From positions 1-60,325 of IMG/VR virus record IMGVR_UViG_3300030107_001017: 60,325 bases of DNA; one strand, written 5' to 3'. Both the position numbers and the translations under genes were made by a program. The notes beneath the pieces are model-generated. The model made no database searches, was not told the origin of the DNA, and saw only the letters and a list, made by a program, of their open reading frames with translations. Shown one piece after another: positions 1-9,003 of this stretch; the first letter of the stretch is position 1, and the number at the start of each line of letters is the position of its first letter. The DNA is from a virus. Its lineage: Duplodnaviria; Caudoviricetes.

Positions 1-1960
1 GCCGATTGCGACATTAGGTGTTCCAGTAGTACAAGCGTCCCCAGCACCGTAACCCATAAATACATTGTTGTTTCCTGTTGTTACATTATAACCCGCAGCA
101 TGACCAACAAACGTGTTTTGAACTGCCGTTGTTACAGCCTCACCAGCTAAATAACCAAAAGCATTGTTGCCTGTTCCCGTACAAGCAGTTAAAGCCTTAA
201 ACCCCATAGCAACTAGCTGAGATGTAGTGGTAGCTTGAGAAATAGTATCTTTTCCAACAGCAGTATTACTACCTCCAGTAGTTAAAGAGCCGCCAGAGTC
301 ATTACCTATTAAGACATTATTTGACGATGTAGTTACAGCATCCCCAGCACCTTGCCCCACTGCGGTGTTACTGTTTCCAGTACTAGATACTTTGAGTGCA
401 TTGTGTCCAACAGCAGTGTTGTAACCAGCACCTGTATTAGCTTGAAGCGAGTGGGAGCCTACAGACGTGTTTCCCTCGCCCGTCTGATTAGCAGAAAGAG
501 CATCATAGCCAATCGCGGTGTTGTTTGATGCAGTAGTTAAAGCATCTAAAGCCGTTGCTCCAACTGCGGTGTTTTCTGTTCCCGTGGTGTTTGATAAAAG
601 CGCATCTTTTCCAACAGCCGTGTTATTTGCTGCTGTGTTATTTGTAAGAGCATCGTTTCCAACCGCTGTATTTGCGCTATTTGTACTATTAGACTGCAAG
701 GCTCCCTTACCAACAGCCGTGTTCGTGTTGCCTGTGGTTATAGAAGTTCCAGCTTGCTTGCCCACTGCTGTGTTGTTATTTCCCGTGGTGTTGGCTAGAA
801 GCGCACTTTTCCCTACTGCCGTTAAATTTGAGCCTGTGGTGTTAGACTCTAAAGCACTTGCCCCGACAGCCGTATTGTCAGACGCTGTGGTGTTTGCCTC
901 TAAAGCACCCTTCCCGACTGCGGTGTTAGAATCACCATTGCTCGCTCCTAAAGCACTTTTACCAATAGCCGTGTTTGATGCGCCTGTGGTGTTAGCATCT
1001 AATGCACTATGCCCAACTGAAGTATTGTTAGTGCCTGAAGTGTTAGCACCTAAAGCACCATGTCCAATAGCTACGTTAGCATCTGCGGTAGTAGCTGCAT
1101 CTAAAGCAGCAGTGCCGATGGCTATATTTTCGCTCCCCGTTGTAAGCGCACCTAACGAGTTAATTCCGACACCAACATTGTTCGATCCTGTTGTTATAAC
1201 GTCTCCAGAAACTCCACCGATCAAAGTATTTGACGTACCCGTAGTGATTGATGCGCCCGCTTGATAACCAATAGCTACGTTATAACCATCCGTACCAGCA
1301 TTTAATACTTTAAGTGCCTCAAAACCTACTGCAACATTGTTACCATTCCCATCTTCAGTAAGAAGCGCACTAGAGCCGACAGCTACGTTACTTCCCCCAG
1401 TTGTCAATGCGCCACCCGCATTGTCTCCAATCAAAGTGTTGTCAGACCCAGTGGTCAGGGCATCGCCAGCAGCTTCACCGATAGCTACGTTATCTGTACC
1501 TGTGGTAAGCCCTGTGCCAAACGCACCGCTACCAAGCCCTACGTTGCCTGTACCGCCTAGTACGTCGAGTACATCAGTAACCGCTGCTCCTGAACCAGCA
1601 CCGTCTGTAGCAACCATGCGGATACCGCCGTTTGGTATGACCACATTTGCGCCTGTACCTTGGCTTAGTGTAACTGTGTCACCAGCGGAGTTTTGAACCA
1701 CCCATACGTTAGAAAGAGTATTTGGAGCTAACGTGACTGTGCAAGCCTGTGAGAGAGAGGGCCAAAGAGCGAAATGCATCACTAGCACCGTCAGCCATCG
1801 TAATGGTTGCTGTACTAGCGTCCGAAAGAGCCTCGCTTCCTGTCCCAAATTTTTCAGCAATTAGCTCCAAATTAGTGTTCGTTGTTGTGCCCCACGTACC
1901 GCTACCATCTCCTGTAGCCATCTCGTTGAGCCGTAAATCATTTACATATGTGCTGGCCAT
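1..1960 (-). CDS. Tail fibre with NxAxGxxA (YadA/Hep-Hag-like beta-roll) repeats; frameshifted near 1750 and running off the left edge
   Basis: ORF 1709..1960 starts MASTYVNDLRLNEMATGDGSGTWG, a typical fibre N-terminus. After ...RSLALSL the sequence continues in another frame as SQACTVTLAPNTLSNVWVVQNSAG...NVAIG, and that frame is in phase with position 1. It is absent from the ORF track because it has no stop in the window. Confidence 0.85.
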
Positions 1961-1985
1961 ATCTATAATCCTTTGCTATCTATCG

Positions 1986-2014
1986 ATTATAATACTTTTT
2001 TCATTTATAGTTAA
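1986..2014 (-). promoter_or_regulatory. Sigma70-like promoter for the tail fibre gene
   Basis: Minus strand TTAACT-N17-TATAAT, 25 bp upstream of the ATG at 1960. Confidence 0.55.
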
Positions 2015-2772
2015 GCGACATCTTCCCAGGCTGGGTCTTGATTATCGCTCACAGCTGTCCAACTTGGGTCTTGACTGTCGTTAACTGCCGACCAATTTGG
2101 GTCTTGACTGTCGTCAATTAACCCCCATACGTTGATCATTGGTTCCCCTGCTGTTGCTGATACCCCTGTCAAAGAAACATTAGCGGCAGCGTCAAACGTA
2201 ACTGTACCAACGCTTCCTGTTGCTGATTGTCCTGTTGGAAAGACATTCATACCGAATATAAAGGTGAGGGTGCCTACCGCACCAGTAGCAGCTGATAGTG
2301 TAACTGGAACATTAGCCTCACCATCAACATCCACACCAACTGTGCCGACTGTACCGACCATAGTTGGCAAAACGGCTATCGCTTGACCATTTACCCCAGC
2401 TGTTGGAGCACCTGCTGTGCCTGCTTGACCTGTTGGGGTTACGTTAGCTGCAGCGTCAAACGTGGGGGTTCCGACCGCACCTGTACCTGCTTGACCTGTT
2501 GGGGTTACGTTAGCTGCAGCTGAAGTTGATGTTGTTCCTAGAGCTGAGGTTCCAGACTGTCCTGTTGGGGTTACGTTAGCTGCAGCGTCAAACGTGGGGG
2601 TTCCGACCGCACCTGTAGCAGATACTCCTGTTACAGATACATTGTTTTCAAGTATGAAAGTAAGAGAACCGACCGCACCTGTGGCTGATTGCCCAGTGAG
2701 TGTTACAGGGTTAGGCTCACCCCAAGTGTCAGAGCCCCATGTTCCTCGGCCCCAACCAGTTATACTAGCCAT
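2011..2772 (-). CDS. Thr/Gly/Ala-rich virion (tail) protein with 20-aa repeats
   Basis: N-terminal GWGRGTWGSDTWG, repeated FDAAANVTPTGQ..GAVG units, three C-terminal DSQDPxW-type repeats; lies in the tail module. Confidence 0.75.
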   Translation of the reverse strand: MASITGWGRGTWGSDTWGEPNPVTLTGQSATGAVGSLTFILENNVSVTGVSATGAVGTPTFDAAANVTPTGQSGTSALGTTSTSAAANVTPTGQAGTGAVGTPTFDAAANVTPTGQAGTAGAPTAGVNGQAIAVLPTMVGTVGTVGVDVDGEANVPVTLSAATGAVGTLTFIFGMNVFPTGQSATGSVGTVTFDAAANVSLTGVSATAGEPMINVWGLIDDSQDPNWSAVNDSQDPSWTAVSDNQDPAWEDVA

Positions 2773-2781
2773 AGGCTAACC

Positions 2782-3210
2782 TCAGGCTATTCGTATAATA
2801 GCTGTACTAGCTGCAGCGGCAGGAAAAACTATTGTAAAGTCTCCAGCTGTAGAGGTTTTATCTCCACCAAAATCAATTGTCGCTACCGACTTATTTGAAT
2901 CAGTGCTGTTGTATATCAAACATCCTCTGGCCGTAACTGTAGCTGTACCAAACGTAAGATCAGCAAAATCTGTGAACCCAGTTGTTCCTGAACTAGTTGG
3001 GTCTACTCTAGTCAAAGTTCCACCGCCAGCTGTGTAGTTAGTTCCGGTAACTTGGTTAGTGGTAGCGTATGCTGTTGTGGCCGCTCCCATAGTAGCAGAA
3101 CTAGTGTACAATGCTAATTTAAAAGTGTCTCCACCTGAGTTTTTAAAGTTATGCACTGCTTCTAATAGCTCTTTCTTAAAGCTGGTTGTTAATGTTGATG
3201 TAATGGCCAT
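2782..3210 (-). CDS. Virion structural (tail-associated) protein
   Basis: TTSFKKELL...DTFKLALYT...ARGCLIYN...DFGGDK pattern typical of phage tail/baseplate-associated proteins. Confidence 0.7.
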   Translation of the reverse strand: MAITSTLTTSFKKELLEAVHNFKNSGGDTFKLALYTSSATMGAATTAYATTNQVTGTNYTAGGGTLTRVDPTSSGTTGFTDFADLTFGTATVTARGCLIYNSTDSNKSVATIDFGGDKTSTAGDFTIVFPAAAASTAIIRIA

Positions 3211-3504
3211 CTATTTTAACTCCGTTAATATTTTAGCTAAATCCTCATGGCCCTGACGAGTCAGGATATTCCGCATAGTGCATCGCTCACTATTGATGCT
3301 CTCTTTAATATAATAAAGTATTGTCGAATAAATAGCTACTCGGAAGGCTTGGGCCTGTTGTCTCACATGGCCCTCAGCATTTTCTGAAATACCACAAATT
3401 CTATCTGTTGCTCTTTCTGCCCAGTACTCTGGTGGGTGTCCTCGGTTTTGTTGTGTATCCACGATAACGCTTCCGATACTACTCACTGTGTCTATTTCTA
3501 TCAT
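3211..3504 (-). CDS. Hypothetical protein
   Basis: 97-aa ORF packed tightly between its neighbours. Confidence 0.7.
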   Translation of the reverse strand: MIEIDTVSSIGSVIVDTQQNRGHPPEYWAERATDRICGISENAEGHVRQQAQAFRVAIYSTILYYIKESINSERCTMRNILTRQGHEDLAKILTELK

Positions 3505-3505
3505 A

Positions 3506-4243
3506 TTAATACCTTTTCGCTTCAGGAGGAGTACTTAAAATCGGTACTAATTCGGCTGTTTTTCGATTCTCCTCTTCTATTGCTTCGGTGTATTCTATAA
3601 ACCCTGTTTTATAAAACTCATTTGTTTCAGGATTGAGTAAAATCATTGGTGGGTTATTCAACCTATGATACCCGTAGATTTTATCTTGTATAGGAACATC
3701 CGTGTCAAGCAAGCCAGACCTAGGAGCAACACTCACAACTATTCCCGAAGTTATACACTTAGACAACCAAAACTCAACACAAGCGCGACCTGCTTCTGCA
3801 AAATGCAGATTACCTTTGTATGTAAAATCTACGCCGAACATATTGATTCTACCAACTTTGTTATACATAGCAAAAGCAATAGCAAAACAAACAGTGTTGT
3901 TTAAGTAAGAACTTCCAGTGGCTTCGACAACCTCTAAAAGAGGGAACTCAACTAAGTTTTCACATCGTTCGTCTAGTTCACATGTATAGATTGGACCAGG
4001 ATGAGTTTTTAATACTTTTCTCATCAATTTAGTCTGGCTACCTGCATCATCTGTGTCAAGAAAGCGACTGGCTGGGTCCAACATAAAGGTTCGATCTACT
4101 TGTCTAGCAATCCCTGCCATAGCATTGATTGCCCAGACTTCATCAAATTCGTTTCCGTGTGATATCGCTAGGTGGTAATCGAGTTGACTCTCGCCCATAG
4201 CGACGATGGCGATATTCGCCCCGTCAAGTTTTTCTATTCTCAT
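3506..4243 (-). CDS. Putative Maf/sialyltransferase-like Rossmann-fold glycosyltransferase
   Basis: IAIVAMGES...EVWAINA...YLNNTVCFAIAFA...INMFGVDF matches the layout of GT29/GT42/Maf-type CMP-sugar transferases. Confidence 0.5.
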   Translation of the reverse strand: MRIEKLDGANIAIVAMGESQLDYHLAISHGNEFDEVWAINAMAGIARQVDRTFMLDPASRFLDTDDAGSQTKLMRKVLKTHPGPIYTCELDERCENLVEFPLLEVVEATGSSYLNNTVCFAIAFAMYNKVGRINMFGVDFTYKGNLHFAEAGRACVEFWLSKCITSGIVVSVAPRSGLLDTDVPIQDKIYGYHRLNNPPMILLNPETNEFYKTGFIEYTEAIEEENRKTAELVPILSTPPEAKRY

Positions 4244-4890
4244 GCCTGTGGTGTTCTCCTTACTTGGTCATATCTATATTGATCTCGGGTAGATTTACCT
4301 TCCCCGAGATTTTTCATCAAAGCTAACGCTTCTTGAAATCTTGTCTCATAGATTGGTGATGTCTCGTAATTTTTTAGATACATCATGGCTTCTACTAAAG
4401 CACCATACAGTAAAGCATTAGGAGCGTTAGTTGACAACCAAGTTGTACCGGAATCACCTGCCGAAGTAAGGGATGATGGCCTATAAAAATAGTGTAACTC
4501 AAAAGTGTAGTTTGAATTTGGCGTAGGAGCCAATATAAAAGTATTTTCGTCGAACTCTGCGTAATACTTTGGTGTCCCTGTTGTAGAGGATGCGGGTGTG
4601 TAATCCCGAATAAAACTTGGGTGCTTTAGTAATAGGTAATTATAGTTAGAACTACTATCTATAACGGCTAAACTAAAGGGGGATAGGAAGTCAGTAGGTG
4701 CTCCTAAATATGCAGAACTAGCTGTCGCTGTGCCTGTTACGTTTTTTATAAAGTCGTCTAGCTGAACGGCTTTTAAAATACGTTCTTCCGATGTTTTTAT
4801 AAAGTCGTCTAAGTGTGTAACAAAAGTCGACTCCGTGGACTCAGAATAATCTTGTATTGCGGTTTTTAATGAAGAATATGTCCAACTCAT
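4240..4890 (-). CDS. Head-tail adaptor / tail tubular protein
   Basis: TYSSLKTAIQDY, GTPKYYA, LAPTP and TTWLSTNAPNALLYGALVEA motifs. Confidence 0.7.
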   Translation of the reverse strand: MSWTYSSLKTAIQDYSESTESTFVTHLDDFIKTSEERILKAVQLDDFIKNVTGTATASSAYLGAPTDFLSPFSLAVIDSSSNYNYLLLKHPSFIRDYTPASSTTGTPKYYAEFDENTFILAPTPNSNYTFELHYFYRPSSLTSAGDSGTTWLSTNAPNALLYGALVEAMMYLKNYETSPIYETRFQEALALMKNLGEGKSTRDQYRYDQVRRTPQA

Positions 4891-4894
4891 CTCA

Positions 4895-5257
4895 TCAACC
4901 CGTGGTTACTGTGACAGTGCCGACGCTACCTGTCACTTCTTCCATGTAAAAACTTGATCCTATAACATCATTATGGGCTACATCCATAGAAAGTCCTGTG
5001 ACTCCATCAGCGTTCTTAGTGTTTCCAGACCGCACAATTCCATATCCCGCAGTGGGAGCAGATTCTGTGGGTCTAGGTTGTTTTAACGCCTCGGGGTCTG
5101 CAGGTACATTCGAAGGTTGTAACTGTGGCTGTTTAGGCTCGTAACAGTCAGGGCAAACTTTTAACCCGTTCCACTCCATTTTCATTTCTAAATACTTATA
5201 GACAAATCCACATCTATCGCATTGAGCTTGTGAGTATTTTCCGACCGCATAAGCCAC
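4895..5257 (-). CDS. Conserved Zn-ribbon virion-module protein
   Basis: CDRCGF...VCPDCYEPKQPQL (two CxxC). Confidence 0.7.
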   Translation of the reverse strand: MAYAVGKYSQAQCDRCGFVYKYLEMKMEWNGLKVCPDCYEPKQPQLQPSNVPADPEALKQPRPTESAPTAGYGIVRSGNTKNADGVTGLSMDVAHNDVIGSSFYMEEVTGSVGTVTVTTG

Positions 5258-5931
5258 TAGATATAGCTCCTAGTCGGGACAAAATGTAGAGAAGTTCTAT
5301 TACGATCTTCATCAGCTGCAAGTTTAAAGTCTTGTTCGTATTGAGTTTTTAATATCGCTGCTTTTTCTGGGTTGCGTTTTAATGCGATATAGTAGGCCAA
5401 CCCACTGGCCATGCAAGGCATAAACCTTGAAGGAATTTCTGGATCCTGTGCAGAAGCAGATGCATCATCTATTCTTTGAATGGTGTTAGCAACCAATCTG
5501 TATGTGTATGTGCTGTCTGGGGTAGGCCACAACTTAACAACAGGCGTGGTTTGTCTATCTAAAAACAACTGGTTTGGTCTTCCTGTAGAAGATTTATCTG
5601 GTATGTTTAGATATTCTGTTCTACCTATTCTTGTGAGTTGAAGGTCTGTTGTAGTGGATCCGTCTATTTGTCGTATAACTGCGGATACTATGTCTATATC
5701 GTAAGAGTTCAGTGTGTAACTATTAGTGCCTGCGGTGAGGTTTGTGGTTACCTGCTCTATTGTCCAGAGGTTAACCCCTCTGTTAGACCAGTCTGCGAAC
5801 ATAATATTCAAAGACCTTCTAGCAGTCTCCGCGTCATATCCCGTTCTAAGTTCTAAACCAGCTAACTCATAGGCTTCCTCTATCGTATCAGCTATTGTTA
5901 GCTGAAATGTTTTAGTGCCAGAGGTAGCCAT
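5257..5931 (-). CDS. Head-tail connector/adaptor protein
   Basis: TARRSLNIMFADWSNRGVNLW, GRP, LWPTPD and GLAYYIA motifs; downstream of the capsid gene. Confidence 0.75.
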   Translation of the reverse strand: MATSGTKTFQLTIADTIEEAYELAGLELRTGYDAETARRSLNIMFADWSNRGVNLWTIEQVTTNLTAGTNSYTLNSYDIDIVSAVIRQIDGSTTTDLQLTRIGRTEYLNIPDKSSTGRPNQLFLDRQTTPVVKLWPTPDSTYTYRLVANTIQRIDDASASAQDPEIPSRFMPCMASGLAYYIALKRNPEKAAILKTQYEQDFKLAADEDRNRTSLHFVPTRSYI

Positions 5932-5934
5932 GAA

Positions 5935-6342
5935 TTAGTATTCTTTAATTACTGTCAAAACAATAACGTAAGAATCTCCGCTGGCGTGTCCCGTAGTTGT
6001 TAGCTTAATGTCACCCGTTTTCCCACTAGCGGCAGCGGTGTTTTGCAAGCCGCCCATGTAAGAAAAATCAACATCATCACTGAAGTCAGAGTTTAAATCC
6101 CAACATATTGTGTTTGTAGTAGCGTTCCACAAAAGTTTAATACTCATACCGAATGTTGAGTAATTTATTCTTTCTACTTTGCAACCTGTGCACGCAGCTC
6201 CATCTGAGCTGCGTGCGGCGAGAGCACTTACATCTACCTTAGTGACAGCCGACTCACCTGTGCCATCAGATGTGTTGGTTAGCTGTATGACAGCTTTTCT
6301 ATCATCATCAACTATAGTTGTTGAAGTTACTGCATCAGCCAT
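5935..6342 (-). CDS. Virion structural protein
   Basis: Beta-rich ORF in the head module (MADAVTS...TGDIKLTT). Confidence 0.65.
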   Translation of the reverse strand: MADAVTSTTIVDDDRKAVIQLTNTSDGTGESAVTKVDVSALAARSSDGAACTGCKVERINYSTFGMSIKLLWNATTNTICWDLNSDFSDDVDFSYMGGLQNTAAASGKTGDIKLTTTGHASGDSYVIVLTVIKEY

Positions 6343-6355
6343 GGTTTACTCCTAA

Positions 6356-6862
6356 TTACGCGTCAGCAAATGGTGTTACTAAGGTTCCAGAACCTAATGT
6401 TATGCCTTCTATCGCATACTTAGCGGAAGCTATAGCTGTTACCCTGATTATGCTACCAGCTAGGCCACCCTTAGTTGAACCGTTTAAAGTGACAACATCA
6501 TTAGACGCACCTGATATAAATGTCTTACCTGTGGCATTGTTAACACCAGTGTAAATACCACCTACAAATTTATCCGTGCCGTCTGTTAAAATGTCCATGT
6601 CTGTGGCAGCTGTTTCCACTACAAACAAGAAACTTGCACCTAAATTATTGAGCTGATTCGGATCGTCATCTCGTCCAGGAGCAGTGGCTACAATACTAGG
6701 TAAAGTGAATTTACCGTCTGCATCATTACATGTTAATACTTTACCAGCGTGTGAAGCCACAGTTAAAGAAGTGTCCGCTGTTAGACTAACCACTACAGCG
6801 TTACCAGCAGAAATAAAACCTGCTAGTGATTTAACTGGACCTGAGAAAGTTGATTTTGCCAT
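6356..6862 (-). CDS. Virion structural / head decoration protein
   Basis: MAKSTFSGPVKS N-terminus, strong AGGAGG Shine-Dalgarno, follows the major capsid gene. Confidence 0.7.
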   Translation of the reverse strand: MAKSTFSGPVKSLAGFISAGNAVVVSLTADTSLTVASHAGKVLTCNDADGKFTLPSIVATAPGRDDDPNQLNNLGASFLFVVETAATDMDILTDGTDKFVGGIYTGVNNATGKTFISGASNDVVTLNGSTKGGLAGSIIRVTAIASAKYAIEGITLGSGTLVTPFADA

Positions 6863-6879
6863 TTTTCCTCCTTGGGAAA

Positions 6880-6937
6880 CTCTATAGTCTTGGCGTTGTC
6901 TGCTAGGTCAGTCTATAGAGCAGTAGTTGATACCTAG
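6880..6937 (-). ncRNA. Candidate structured 5' leader RNA (stem plus pseudoknot)
   Basis: 8-bp stem CUCUAUAG/CUAUAGAG, inner CUG/CAG, loop ACCUAG complementary to the 5' CUAGGU. Confidence 0.5.
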
Positions 6938-6944
6938 AAAAAAT

Positions 6945-6973
6945 ATTCTATAGTAGATATTTTAAAAAAGAAA
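6945..6973 (-). promoter_or_regulatory. Sigma70-like promoter overlapping the capsid terminator
   Basis: TTTCTT-N17-TAGAAT. Confidence 0.45.
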
Positions 6974-6994
6974 GGGATCCGAAGATCCCTTTCT
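6964..6994 (-). terminator. Intrinsic terminator after the major capsid gene
   Basis: AGAAAGGGATC-TTCG-GATCCCTTTCT hairpin (cUUCGg loop) followed by a T run on the minus strand. Confidence 0.9.
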
Positions 6995-7017
6995 AACCAG
7001 TTTACAAGGAAACTGTA

Positions 7018-7926
7018 CTAGGCACCAGGAGATCCGTAGATTCCACGCCAATCACTGAATCCGAAAGAGTATCTTTCTCTCGCCTTGTATCGAACGTTAC
7101 CAGTTTCGAAGTCTCCTTCCATACCAGTGGTCATAGCAGCTCTTTCGAAGTGCTTCAACCCGTTCGGTGCATCGGTTTTGATAAAGAATGCATCTGTATC
7201 AGTCAGATAATGGTTAACGGTATAGCCTTCTGGCAACATCCCCATGTTTCTCATGGCGTTGATGTCGTTGTCTGAAGTCGCCACTCTACCAGGAGAATTC
7301 AATATCCTGTCTGCTACAAATTGTAGCTGAGGGGGAATAATCAGTTTTCTAGCTTGTACGTTGACCTTTATACCTCTTTCATCTTTGAATGCAGAGATGT
7401 CGATCAGTGCGTTTTCTAACGAAGTTTCGTTCAAATCCGCAGCGGTGCTAGGCTCATTAGAAAGATCACCAGCCGTTAGGGTTGGGTGATCAGTTGTCAT
7501 GAGTGGTTTACCGTCGCCTCCTGGGAAGGAGGTTGAAAAACCATTGTTAAGCACGTTAGCAGCTTTTACTTGCTTCGTGTTAGCCATTGATCTAGCTAAA
7601 GCTCTTGTGTATCTAGAGGAAAGCGTATCGTAGAGATTGTCTTCGATAGCTTCTTCTGTCAAAGAGAAAGCCAAAGCTATAGTTTCGTGAGTGTAACGAG
7701 ACGTGAAGGTTTCTTGTGCTGTATCGTAACTTACCGCCGCACCTTCTCCTTTAACAGGAGCTTGTGCGAAGCCTGATAACATCACTTCTTCCTCGAAAGC
7801 ACGGTCTGAAGTTTCTGTGTCGAAAATTTCAGCATGCTCGTTCTCGTAACGGTTATACTCGAGACCAAAAAGTGCATTCAGTCCTGGCTCGAGTTCCTTT
7901 ACCAGTTGTGCTCTATTAATAGCCAC
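7018..7926 (-). CDS. Major capsid protein
   Basis: MAINRAQLVKELEPGLNALFG...EEAIEDNLY...KLIIPP...RERYSFGFSDWRG, a recognisable capsid family; followed by a strong terminator. Confidence 0.9.
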   Translation of the reverse strand: MAINRAQLVKELEPGLNALFGLEYNRYENEHAEIFDTETSDRAFEEEVMLSGFAQAPVKGEGAAVSYDTAQETFTSRYTHETIALAFSLTEEAIEDNLYDTLSSRYTRALARSMANTKQVKAANVLNNGFSTSFPGGDGKPLMTTDHPTLTAGDLSNEPSTAADLNETSLENALIDISAFKDERGIKVNVQARKLIIPPQLQFVADRILNSPGRVATSDNDINAMRNMGMLPEGYTVNHYLTDTDAFFIKTDAPNGLKHFERAAMTTGMEGDFETGNVRYKARERYSFGFSDWRGIYGSPGA

Positions 7927-7939
7927 TTCTAATCACCTC

Positions 7940-8482
7940 TTAGTCGTTACCGTAAGTAGAAGCTGGGAATATGAAATACCCACGAGCGTATTGCGCATTA
8001 GCGGTATTATCTGGACGGTCCACATAAGCCACTAACTTCGCTATACCACTAGCGGTAGTCGTAGTCACACCTTCTTTCGAACGGTTGTTGTTGGTATCAC
8101 CTGCAGTTGTAGAGATAGTGTGTACTTTTCCTACATCTGCTTGTGAAGGAGTCCCAGTGAACTGGGCTTCATAAACAATGTTGGGATCAGCATACACATA
8201 TGCTTTTACGTTTGCAGAACCTAGAGTTGTTGTACCAGAGACAAATCTTCTTGTGAAGATTACCTCCCCGGAAGTGTTTTGGTATTCACAGCCACCAAAT
8301 ACGCCTAGTGGAGCATCAGTTGCTCCTCCTTGAAGTACATATCCACTTGTGAGCTTTACGACGTCACCTGAAAAGATATCGCCAGTAGCACCACTTTGAA
8401 TAGGAAACTCAGAAGGGCGTATGGTGCCTCCAGACATATGGTATGCTGGTGTGAATCCATTTGGGTCGTTGACATTCGCCAT
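7940..8482 (-). CDS. Capsid decoration / minor capsid protein
   Basis: IFSGDVV...LGVFGGCEY...DPNIVYEAQ; directly upstream of the major capsid gene. Confidence 0.7.
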   Translation of the reverse strand: MANVNDPNGFTPAYHMSGGTIRPSEFPIQSGATGDIFSGDVVKLTSGYVLQGGATDAPLGVFGGCEYQNTSGEVIFTRRFVSGTTTLGSANVKAYVYADPNIVYEAQFTGTPSQADVGKVHTISTTAGDTNNNRSKEGVTTTTASGIAKLVAYVDRPDNTANAQYARGYFIFPASTYGND

Positions 8483-8521
8483 TTAATTCACCTTAAAAGC
8501 CAATTATAAAATTAACGGTTC

Positions 8522-8995
8522 TTAAGAACCGCCTCCTTTACCAAATGTGACTTGAGTTCTCCTCTCAGGGTTGCTGAGAGGCATTCTATTGTCACTTTCT
8601 CGCATTAAATTTGAGTCGACGGCTTCCATCTGTTGTGTAGCCATTTGATTGTAGTAGGCACGTCGTTGTTCGACGGTTTCGACTGGCATTTTTGCGAGTA
8701 ATAACCCACCCACTCCGATTACACCAGCATGTCTACCTTCGTCTATAGTCGGTGCTTCAAACTCAGGGTGGTCCTCTGATCGAACAGGTTCCCATCCTTC
8801 ACGGATACGTTTAGACATATTCGCTTTGTCATCTTGTCCTACCATAGATTCGCGCAGCCATCTGTATACAAATCCTGGGGGTGGCGTTGGTGCGTCTAAT
8901 AAAGACGGTGGTCGCCATGGTTTTGGGCGAGCTTCTTTAGCTCGACTATCAGCAGATCGTGGAGCTCGATCTGTAGCGGTATTTTTATCTACCAT
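8522..8995 (-). CDS. Conserved head-module protein
   Basis: WRPPSLLDAP...YRWLR...REGWEPV...GVGGLLLAKMP. Confidence 0.7.
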   Translation of the reverse strand: MVDKNTATDRAPRSADSRAKEARPKPWRPPSLLDAPTPPPGFVYRWLRESMVGQDDKANMSKRIREGWEPVRSEDHPEFEAPTIDEGRHAGVIGVGGLLLAKMPVETVEQRRAYYNQMATQQMEAVDSNLMRESDNRMPLSNPERRTQVTFGKGGGS

Positions 8996-9003
8996 TTTAT
9001 CTC

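Noticed and set aside
518-1696. Plus-strand ORFs of 248 and 119 aa (and similar ones at 1749, 2132, 2594)
   Set aside because: Antisense shadows of the repetitive Gly/Ala/Thr-rich minus-strand tail genes.
1-1960. Diversity-generating retroelement or invertase acting on the fibre
   Set aside because: No reverse transcriptase, recombinase or template/variable repeat pair seen.
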